Positions 1 through 7,700 of a stretch of 64,000 nucleotides of DNA are shown here, in pieces. Numbering within the stretch: the stretch's first letter is position 1; each line of letters starts with the position of its first letter. Position numbers and translations under genes: made by a program. Source of the DNA: a virus; IMG/VR virus record IMGVR_UViG_3300042314_001189, positions 1 through 64,000 of that record. One strand, written 5' to 3'. The notes under the pieces were generated by a model. It saw only the letters and a program-made list of their open reading frames with translations, did no database searches and was not told the origin of the DNA.

Positions 1-686
1 GCTGTGTCCCATTTTTTACCGTCAACAATAGTTGTGTCGTTGCAAAAAACGTTTATCTCACGTTCCCAGTTAATCTTGGTTGATGAGGTTGTTACGATTA
101 GAATCTTTTCAGCACCACTTTCCAATGCAGCAATAATTGATTGCATCGATTTACCTAAACCCATATCGTCAGCCAATATACAGCCATTCCTAGATAATAA
201 AAATTTAATACCTTCTTCTTGGTGTTTGTATAAGCTTTTACCATATTTACTTAAAATTTCATTGTATTTATCAAAATTAACATTTACGTTAATTTTTTCA
301 AAATATGGGTCATCGGTTACTTGTGTTTTTGGTATCCAATACATTTTAGATTCTTTTTGGTTCTGTTTTAGTTTACCGTAAACATGAAAAGTTTTTTCGG
401 TGTCAGCCAAAATAAATTCGATTAGTATTTTTTCTGGAACAAAAGATAATTCATCTATTTTCTTTAATTCTTCTCCTAAATAAGGTGTTATGCCGATTAC
501 TCTGTTTATGTATTGTGGTTCTCGGTTGTGGTTGTCTAATATGTATTTTGATTGGTTGTCTGTAAGAGCCAATTTCTTGTTTTTCAAGTATTCACCTTTC
601 AATTTTCTTAGATATGGGTTTATACCCTCGTAGTTTTCTAAGAGCGAAATAGCTGAGTGTCCTTTTATATCGTTAATATTTATCAA
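1..686 (-). CDS. SNF2/SWI2-family helicase, N-terminal part (runs off window start)
   Basis: Not in the ORF track. Hand translation from TTG at 686 is open to base 1 and gives LYKHQEEGIKFL...GCILADDMGLGKSMQSI...KILIVTTSSTKINWEREI (Q motif, motif I, motif Ia of SNF2). Confidence 0.9.
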   Translation of the reverse strand, partial: MININDIKGHSAISLLENYEGINPYLRKLKGEYLKNKKLALTDNQSKYILDNHNREPQYINRVIGITPYLGEELKKIDELSFVPEKILIEFILADTEKTFHVYGKLKQNQKESKMYWIPKTQVTDDPYFEKINVNVNFDKYNEILSKYGKSLYKHQEEGIKFLLSRNGCILADDMGLGKSMQSIIAALESGAEKILIVTTSSTKINWEREINVFCNDTTIVDGKKWDT

Positions 687-718
687 TTCAATTCTTTTTA
701 ATCCAGGATAATTATATT

Positions 719-750
719 CAAATATAATAAAATAATAGATAAAAATCAAG
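719..750 (-). promoter_or_regulatory. Bacteroidota-type housekeeping (early) promoter for the SNF2 gene
   Basis: Minus strand reads CTTG-N20-TATATTTG, matching the -33 TTTG / -7 TAnnTTTG consensus. Confidence 0.65.
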
Positions 751-778
751 TCTTATCCAATTATTATGCAAAAGATAA

Positions 779-786
779 ATATTTAT
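779..786 (+). promoter_or_regulatory. Putative phage late promoter motif ATATTTAT (first of about 17 intergenic copies)
   Basis: The same octamer recurs shortly upstream of most structural operons (list in findings). Confidence 0.6.
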
Positions 787-796
787 ATTAAAAGCC

Positions 797-1318
797 ATGA
801 ATAATAACAAAATAACACCGATAACAAGAATAAACAAGTTTTTTTCTGAAGAAGATTTTAACTTGGAGATTTCTATGGGTAGAGAGGCGATAGAAGGTGA
901 TGGTAATTTTACAATTATTTTATATCGTGTTGATAGAGAGGCATCTGCGTCAGACAATTTATATGGTGAGGCACCAAAGGACGGGATTAAATATTTTGCA
1001 CCAGTTGAATTAAAGGTTGTTCCGATAATGGATGAAGCTGAAAACAAAGCTTACAACGGAAATGGTACTTTAAGATATTTGCAAGACGGTAGATTTACTT
1101 TTGGTATTTATGATGCTCAATTGATAGAGGCCGAAGCGCAAATTAGTTACGGTGACTACATTGGATATCCAGTTACAGAAACTGAAATAAGGTATTTTAG
1201 TGTTGTAAATGATGGTGTTAAAAATTACGATAACAAACACACAATAATGGGGTATAAAGGTGCATTCAGAACAGTAGTTTGCGCACCAATAGACGCTAGT
1301 GAATTTAGAGGTGTATAA
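797..1318 (+). CDS. Probable neck / head-completion protein (T4 gp14-like position)
   Basis: 173 aa, directly before the gp15-like gene; NLYGE and ISYGDYIGY...RYFSVVND pattern typical of head-closure folds. Confidence 0.5.
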   Translation: MNNNKITPITRINKFFSEEDFNLEISMGREAIEGDGNFTIILYRVDREASASDNLYGEAPKDGIKYFAPVELKVVPIMDEAENKAYNGNGTLRYLQDGRFTFGIYDAQLIEAEAQISYGDYIGYPVTETEIRYFSVVNDGVKNYDNKHTIMGYKGAFRTVVCAPIDASEFRGV

Positions 1319-1337
1319 AATAAAAAAAGTATAGAGT

Positions 1338-2393
1338 ATGGCAATGCCAAAAGGATATATGACCAACATTAACATAAAACCAGGTAAAATTGGTTTTCCT
1401 AGAAGACAAGAAATATTGGATGATATTTCTGATAGGGGGACTTTTTTGCCTAGAGGTGTGTTAGAAGAAGATATGGACCAAACTTTTTTGGAGTTTTTAA
1501 CTTCAGATGAAAGAATGTCCTTATCTATCGATGGTCAAAAGGTTCCAGTTTTGTTTTTGACTATTCAGAGATGGACTGAGTTCAGTAAAACTTGGCAGTT
1601 TTCTGATAAATTTAAAAACGTAGAAATACCTTTTATTACAGTGGTTAGAAAACCAGATATCCAACAAGGTCAAAACCAAGCTGGGCTTTGGAATATACCA
1701 GTAAGTAGAACATACACGTACATGAAGGTTCCTACATGGGATGGTGTTAGAAGAGGTGTTGATTTATACAAGATTCCACAACCGACATCTGTTGATTTGA
1801 CGTATGAAGTTAGGTTGTTTACAAATAGAATGAAAGATTTGAATAAGTTTAACAGATTAATTCAAAGAGCTTTTCAATCTAGACAATGTTACATTAACGT
1901 AAACGGTCACCCAATGCCTTTACATTTAGAATCTATCGGTGACGAGAGTAATATCGATGATTTCGAAAACAGAAGATTTTATGTTCAACTTTTTGAGATG
2001 AAATTGTTAGGTTACATTTTAGATGAAGATGATTTTGAAATAGTACCAACTATTAACAGAAACGTAATTGCTATTGAGTTAGACGAAGAAAGAATTTACA
2101 ATAACATTGTGTTTGAACCATTGACTGTTGGTAATACGGCCACTTTTAGTTTTATATTTAAAGCTGGTGCTGATACCACATTTTCTTTTCGTTCAGCTTA
2201 TGACGTTACGTTTACACAAATTGCTGAAATTGTTGGTACAACTAGAGTAGTTATAAGTATAAACGGTGTCGGTGTTTTTGATGGTACGATATTAACATCA
2301 CCATTGATTATCCATGCTAACGACAACGTTACAATAAGAGTATATAAAAACCCTTTGGTTATTGGGTCGTTTAAATTAATAGGTAGTGTATAA
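1338..2393 (+). CDS. Tail terminator / sheath stabiliser (T4 gp15-like) with C-terminal beta-rich extension
   Basis: KVPVLF..QRW, IPFITVVR and PTSVDLTYEVRLFTNRMKDLN motifs; position in the neck cluster. Confidence 0.6.
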   Translation: MAMPKGYMTNINIKPGKIGFPRRQEILDDISDRGTFLPRGVLEEDMDQTFLEFLTSDERMSLSIDGQKVPVLFLTIQRWTEFSKTWQFSDKFKNVEIPFITVVRKPDIQQGQNQAGLWNIPVSRTYTYMKVPTWDGVRRGVDLYKIPQPTSVDLTYEVRLFTNRMKDLNKFNRLIQRAFQSRQCYINVNGHPMPLHLESIGDESNIDDFENRRFYVQLFEMKLLGYILDEDDFEIVPTINRNVIAIELDEERIYNNIVFEPLTVGNTATFSFIFKAGADTTFSFRSAYDVTFTQIAEIVGTTRVVISINGVGVFDGTILTSPLIIHANDNVTIRVYKNPLVIGSFKLIGSV

Positions 2394-2800
2394 TGAATCA
2401 AGAAAATCAATATAGACCTCTTTATCATTCAGACATAAACGAAACGTTTATCATTGAACCTTTATTAACAACTGGTGAAACATTGACAGCTTGTACTCAT
2501 GTTGTTACAAACGAGGTTATTAGTTGTAGTGGTGATTCAAGGATACAATTGTCTAGTGGACAAACAATTTTTAACACTAGTATTGTTCCAGATGTTGACA
2601 CAACAATAGATGTTGGTAAACCACTGAAAAGATTTAGAAACATAAACACAGTTAGTGGAACATCAAGTGTTTGGACTTCAACCGTAAAAGTTACAACACC
2701 CATGTTGGATTTAGGAGTAGATTCTTTGGGTAATGGTAGACAGATAACAGCTAATAACTCAGTAATACAAAATGACACACTTTTAGGTGGTGTTTATTAA
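2393..2800 (+). CDS. Small fibre-associated protein
   Basis: SIVPDVDTTIDVGKPLKRFRNI resembles the I.P..D..YDLG...RW fibre motif; ends LLGGVY; TAATG coupling to the upstream gene. Confidence 0.5.
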   Translation: MNQENQYRPLYHSDINETFIIEPLLTTGETLTACTHVVTNEVISCSGDSRIQLSSGQTIFNTSIVPDVDTTIDVGKPLKRFRNINTVSGTSSVWTSTVKVTTPMLDLGVDSLGNGRQITANNSVIQNDTLLGGVY

Positions 2801-2839
2801 CAATTAGAAAAACTAACATATTTATATAAAAAGAAAAAA

Positions 2840-4021
2840 ATGGCAAATAGATTTACAACATACGTATTAAAAAATAGCGATATTGTTAACAGACCTTTAC
2901 CGTCTGGGTTATTAAAAGGTGAACCAATTGTAAATACTGCTGAAGGTATCATGTATTTTTCTGGTGTTACAACTTCAACACCAGAATGGGTTACTGGTTC
3001 AACGGCTGGGGTTTTTGAGGTTGGTTCCAATCTTTACAATTTAAAAATTAGAAACCAAATAACATCGTATAGCGGTGTTACAAACTTGGCTGGGAAATTC
3101 CTTTCTGGTACTACTAGTGGGTTTGTTTTGGCTGATGTTACAAGTATACAAGGTGTTGATTCTTATGTTACTGGTGGTACATTCAGTAATAATACTTTAA
3201 CACTTAGACTTAATGAAGGTAAACCAAACGTACCAGTTACTGGTTTTACAGATTATTACACAACTGGTGCTACTCTTATTGGTAGTGTAGCTTATTTTAA
3301 GAGAAATGATGATTTGAGTGGGTATACTTTAGATTTATCAAGTTTTTCCCCTTCTGGTGATACATATGTAACTGGATTTACATATACATCAGCAACAAAC
3401 ACAATTTATTTACGTCAAAATCAAGGACAAGCAGAAAGAAGTATATACATTGATAGTCTTAGTGGTTTATCGTTAACTAACTTAACTTCTGGTAGAGTTG
3501 TTTATGTTGGTTCTGGTGGTGCTTTGACTGATGAAGCTGGATTTACTTACGATGCTGGAACAAATACGTTATCAGTTCCTTCAGATGGTGCTGTAAGTGT
3601 TGGTACTGGTGGTTTGAATGTTGCTGGTAGTGCGGTTATTCAAGGTGATTTAACTGTATTTGGTTCAGCAATTTCCGCTTTTACTAGCCAACTATATGTT
3701 GAAGACCCTAACATTACGCTTAACTATAACCCAACTGGAAATACAACAGCAACTTCTTTGGGTGCTGGTTGGACGATTCAAGACGGAAATGGTGTAAACG
3801 GTGGTAATGTTAATTTAGACATCAGAAGTATGGATACTCTTACTGGGTTGACTGCTAGTCAAGTTCCAAGTATTGCAGAATATACAGCATCTACTGGTTA
3901 TGCAAACAGAGGTTTTGTAACTCAATTGAATGACATCGTAATTAGAAGCACAAACATAACAACGCCAAATGGTGTTAGAGTGTTAGCAGAATTCGATATT
4001 TTAGATGGTGGCACATACTAA
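2840..4021 (+). CDS. Fibre protein (Mtd_N-like N-terminal module)
   Basis: LLKGEPIVNTAEGIMYF N-terminal module; T/G/S-rich; VEDPNITLN motif; ends ILDGGTY. Confidence 0.65.
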   Translation: MANRFTTYVLKNSDIVNRPLPSGLLKGEPIVNTAEGIMYFSGVTTSTPEWVTGSTAGVFEVGSNLYNLKIRNQITSYSGVTNLAGKFLSGTTSGFVLADVTSIQGVDSYVTGGTFSNNTLTLRLNEGKPNVPVTGFTDYYTTGATLIGSVAYFKRNDDLSGYTLDLSSFSPSGDTYVTGFTYTSATNTIYLRQNQGQAERSIYIDSLSGLSLTNLTSGRVVYVGSGGALTDEAGFTYDAGTNTLSVPSDGAVSVGTGGLNVAGSAVIQGDLTVFGSAISAFTSQLYVEDPNITLNYNPTGNTTATSLGAGWTIQDGNGVNGGNVNLDIRSMDTLTGLTASQVPSIAEYTASTGYANRGFVTQLNDIVIRSTNITTPNGVRVLAEFDILDGGTY

Positions 4022-4049
4022 AGATTTACTTTAAAAATACAATAATTAT

Positions 4050-4079
4050 AATATGCACAATTCAACGATTGTGCATATT
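4050..4079 (+). terminator. Perfect 12-bp hairpin (terminator or processing stem)
   Basis: AATATGCACAAT-tcaacg-ATTGTGCATATT followed by TATTTT; its 3' arm overlaps an ATATTTAT motif. Confidence 0.6.
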
Positions 4080-4087
4080 TATTTTAT

Positions 4088-4154
4088 ATCGGTTACATAA
4101 TCGATTTGGATAAAATAACTCTATATAGAGCTTTGAAATAAACCATAGATATGG
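4088..4154 (+). promoter_or_regulatory. Array of three 5'-UTR hairpins with UANAUA loops; the third occludes the start codon of the 4151 gene
   Basis: ATCGGT-TACATA-ATCGAT (4088-4105, one G.U pair), CTC-TATATA-GAG (4119-4130), CCA-TAGATA-TGG (4143-4154, contains ATG 4151). Confidence 0.65.
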
Positions 4155-6946
4155 CAAATAGAAAAAATACGTTATTACTTAAACGTTCAAATGTTGCTGG
4201 GAAAATTCCAGCATCTGGCGACCTTTTGTTGGGAGAGCTAGCAATAAACACAGCGGATGCTATTTTATACGCATCTGGTACAACATCAAATACAATTTTA
4301 CCGATAGGTTGGGACCGAGTGTCTAGAACTGGTGATACCATGACTGGTACGTTAAATGTACCAACAATATCTGCAACAACTTATCTGAATCTACCAACAA
4401 CAACATTTACTGGTGGTACAGTAAGTGGTGGTACTGTTTTCTTAAACGGTGTTACTGCAAATACTATATCAAATGTTGATTACATAAATTTTAAAACATC
4501 ACCATCTGTTCCAAATCCAACTGGTGGTACATTATATTTTGACTCAAATGAAAACGCATTGTCATATAAACCTTTGACTAATCAAAATGACGTTACAGTA
4601 AATTTAGGACAAGAAAGTTTAATTAGAATTTATAATAATTTAGGTTATCAAATCAATAATGGACAAGTTTTACACATAACTGGTTCAACTGGTGGTATTC
4701 CAACAGTTGCTTTGGCAAATGCTTCAAAATTAGGTGTAACGTTTACTGATAGTTTAGCTCAAACTTCTGGTGTCGCAACGCATGACATACCAAGTGGTCA
4801 ATATGGTTTTATGACTAATTTTGGTGTGGTAAGGGATTTGAACACGACAGCTTTTACGACTGGACAAGAAGTGTTTTTATCTGATACTGTTGATGGTGGG
4901 TTAACTAACGACCCAAACAATATAGCATTCACATCAAGAATCTCAACAGTAGGTTATTGTTTGGAATCAAACGCAACCACTGGTAAAATACTTGTAGTAA
5001 TCACAAACGAAAACCCACTCCAAAGTTTAACACAGCAAGAGATTAACGTACTTTTAGGTAACACAGTATCAACTGGTGCTTATTTTTATACTGGTGCAAC
5101 AACCGCATCAACAACAACCATAAATGTATCACCAATGAGAGGTTGGATTGTTTATAATACAGGTCCAACATATGCAACAAACCCATTGGTTTTAAATATC
5201 TATTATAGTGGTGGTACAAATTTACCAGTTACGGGTTTAACTAGTTCATTTGATACTTATTTATTGGTTAATAGTGGTGGTACACTATATCAAACAAATA
5301 CATACCCAACACCACAAGAAAGAAGACAAAATATATTTTTAGGTAGAGTTGTTCACCCAAATAAAACAACAATACTTAATATTGAACAAAGTGTTGATTA
5401 TGACGTTTCACCGTTATCATCACTTCGTGATTTATGGGTCCCTATAAAAATTATTAATGAAGGTGTGGTGCCAAGTCCTAATGGTGCTACTTTAACATTT
5501 AAAACCTCATCTGGTACTTTTTGGGGTAATGGTATAGGTTTTCCAACGGATGAATTAAATCCTAATGCAATTACAGTTCCAGGATATCTTCCAGCTTCTT
5601 TTTATTATACAACACAAACTGGTGGAACATTTACAGCGACAACCACAACTGTTGATACATTAAATTATGATGTTAATGGTGTGATAACAAATGTACCTGG
5701 AGCTGGTAACTATACGACACAAAGAATTTATATGTCTCAAAGTGGTGTCATTAGATTACAATACGGACAAAATTTTTATTCAACATTGGCAAAGGCAATT
5801 GCCGCAATACCAAGCGAAACTTTTGTAGTTAACCCAGATAACTCAATTGATTGTATATTGATTGGTTTATTAACTGTAAAAGATGGTATTAGTGATTTAA
5901 GTAATGTCGATGATGCTGTATTTACCTTTGTTTCAAAATTTGGTGAGGTGTTAGGTGGTACCGCTGGTATATCAACAACAACATTACAACAAGCATATGA
6001 TAATTCAGTAAACCCAGAAATTGTTACTAATTCTACATTAAACGGTGTACAATTTAAAGGTGGTACTGGTAATGATAATGATAAAAATATCATAATAGAA
6101 ACTAATAGTGGGACAGAAACTGGTTATTGGTTGGCTAATGGTGGTTTGTTAGCCAGTAATCTTACAGCAACAACAATATCCGCAACAACATTAACAACAC
6201 CATCATTTACCGCAAACACAAATGGACTGGTTGCAAGTACTGTTAAAGGTGTTTATGTTTCACCATATGTTACAGTAGGAGCAGCATATACAGCAACAAC
6301 AGCAAATTCAACAATCGAAATAAGTGGTGGTACATTTACATTGACATTATATACAGCTGTTGGTAATAGTGGTAGAACTATTTATATCAAAAATTCTGGT
6401 AGTGGGATTGTTACAGTAGATGCTAACGCTTCAGAAACAATCGATGGGCAATTAATAAGACCGTTAGGTACATTTGAAGATTTACTGTTGCAATCAAATG
6501 GTGCTAACTGGGTTATTTTAAATAGAAAACCAGTTGTTATGCAATTTTCACATGATTCCCAATCGGTAATAACACCAGCAGATGCGACTACATATTATAT
6601 TGGTAATTTCACTGTGGCTGACCCAGCAACTACTTCTGGTGCTACTAGACAAGTTATTGCTTTGTCATCTGGTTGGGTGAGAAGTGCTACTTTGATGATT
6701 TCAGTTGCTGGTACGTTAGCTTCCGCTCAAAATAGCACATTTTCTTTGAAAAATGTTACAACTGGTGCTGATTCCATCATTTCTTCAACAGTTGCACATA
6801 CATCAGCGGCTCAATTACTGTCATTTACATTAGCAACACCTATGTTAGTCACAAAAGGTGATTTGTTACAAATAAATTGGAGAACGCCAACTTGGGGAAC
6901 GAACCCAAGTTCTGTTAGACAATATTTAACCGCATTAATCGAATAA
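4151..6946 (+). CDS. Long fibre / receptor-binding protein
   Basis: N-terminal LLLKRSNVAGKIP...GELAINTADAILY (Mtd_N-like); cement-like GVATHDI...GQEVFLS segment; T4 gp9/10-like GRTIYIKN...ETIDG...LQSNGANW segment near the C-terminus. Confidence 0.75.
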   Translation: MANRKNTLLLKRSNVAGKIPASGDLLLGELAINTADAILYASGTTSNTILPIGWDRVSRTGDTMTGTLNVPTISATTYLNLPTTTFTGGTVSGGTVFLNGVTANTISNVDYINFKTSPSVPNPTGGTLYFDSNENALSYKPLTNQNDVTVNLGQESLIRIYNNLGYQINNGQVLHITGSTGGIPTVALANASKLGVTFTDSLAQTSGVATHDIPSGQYGFMTNFGVVRDLNTTAFTTGQEVFLSDTVDGGLTNDPNNIAFTSRISTVGYCLESNATTGKILVVITNENPLQSLTQQEINVLLGNTVSTGAYFYTGATTASTTTINVSPMRGWIVYNTGPTYATNPLVLNIYYSGGTNLPVTGLTSSFDTYLLVNSGGTLYQTNTYPTPQERRQNIFLGRVVHPNKTTILNIEQSVDYDVSPLSSLRDLWVPIKIINEGVVPSPNGATLTFKTSSGTFWGNGIGFPTDELNPNAITVPGYLPASFYYTTQTGGTFTATTTTVDTLNYDVNGVITNVPGAGNYTTQRIYMSQSGVIRLQYGQNFYSTLAKAIAAIPSETFVVNPDNSIDCILIGLLTVKDGISDLSNVDDAVFTFVSKFGEVLGGTAGISTTTLQQAYDNSVNPEIVTNSTLNGVQFKGGTGNDNDKNIIIETNSGTETGYWLANGGLLASNLTATTISATTLTTPSFTANTNGLVASTVKGVYVSPYVTVGAAYTATTANSTIEISGGTFTLTLYTAVGNSGRTIYIKNSGSGIVTVDANASETIDGQLIRPLGTFEDLLLQSNGANWVILNRKPVVMQFSHDSQSVITPADATTYYIGNFTVADPATTSGATRQVIALSSGWVRSATLMISVAGTLASAQNSTFSLKNVTTGADSIISSTVAHTSAAQLLSFTLATPMLVTKGDLLQINWRTPTWGTNPSSVRQYLTALIE

Positions 6947-6957
6947 AAATATTTATC

Positions 6958-7395
6958 ATGATTTTAGGAAAATACAAAATAGAAGATTACATCGTTACAA
7001 TAAATGGTGTTGATGAAACCAGACAAAAGGTTACGTATTACAATATTGAAGGTGAGGAAGTTTCAGTTACTAGGTTTAATGGTAATTACGATGAGATTGA
7101 TTCAAATTATTTAAGTTTTGACGATGTACCTTTAAAAGTAACTAGGTGGCAATTTAGAACACAGTTGGCTTTCATGCCTTCTACAGACCCTAATTTTGAT
7201 AACCTAAGAGATTTGGTTTCATATATGATAACTCAAATGAGTGGTAATGAAAAAGTAAAAGCAGAAGAGGCTTGGACTAGTGCTAACTATATTAGCAAAT
7301 ATTCACCGTTGGTTTTATCTATGGCGCAAGCTTTAGGTTTAAGTGGTTCAGATGTTGACCAGATTTTCATTGAAGCGTACAAGATAGAAATTTAA
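6958..7395 (+). CDS. Fibre-associated small protein (probable fibre assembly chaperone)
   Basis: VTRWQFR...W..A..I....PLV..MAQALGLS..DVDQIF.EA pattern typical of genes following phage fibres. Confidence 0.55.
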   Translation: MILGKYKIEDYIVTINGVDETRQKVTYYNIEGEEVSVTRFNGNYDEIDSNYLSFDDVPLKVTRWQFRTQLAFMPSTDPNFDNLRDLVSYMITQMSGNEKVKAEEAWTSANYISKYSPLVLSMAQALGLSGSDVDQIFIEAYKIEI

Positions 7396-7550
7396 TTTAT
7401 CTCATCACCATAGATATCTTTTTTGGGTGTACATTTTTCTTTGATTAATTTTTCAACAAAAGAAAACATTTTCAAACCGTTACTTTCACAATATTTCTTT
7501 AAAAGCTCATGTGTTGCTGGTGTTATTTTTATGTTTTTATCCCTTTTCAT
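7392..7550 (-). CDS. Ribbon-helix-helix (Arc/CopG-like) DNA-binding protein, 52 aa
   Basis: Below the track cutoff. MKRDKNIKITPATHELLKKYCESNGLKMFSFVEKLIKEKCTPKKDIYGDEIN: alternating beta strand, helix, G turn, helix. Confidence 0.75.
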   Translation of the reverse strand: MKRDKNIKITPATHELLKKYCESNGLKMFSFVEKLIKEKCTPKKDIYGDEIN

Positions 7551-7567
7551 TCATTGATTTTACTATA

Positions 7568-7598
7568 AGTATGACAAAAGTATGATAAAATTCATACT
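7568..7598. promoter_or_regulatory. Putative operator: AGTATGA x2 direct plus one inverted copy
   Basis: AGTATGA at 7568 and 7579 (11-bp period) and TCATACT at 7592; overlaps a minus-strand TACTTTTG (-7 element, 7575-7582) upstream of the RHH gene. Confidence 0.6.
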
Positions 7599-7700
7599 AA
7601 ATTAAATATATCTTTTTAAATGCGACTACTTTTGAAAAAAACACAATATTTATAATAAAGAAAACCATAAAGTAAATAACATAAAACAAAAAAGAACATT

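Noticed and set aside
4-381. Track ORF 4..381 (+)
   Set aside because: Antisense shadow of the SNF2 helicase, which has clear motifs on the minus strand.
2840-6946. Diversity-generating retroelement suggested by Mtd_N-like heads
   Set aside because: No reverse transcriptase and no template/variable repeat pair seen in the window.
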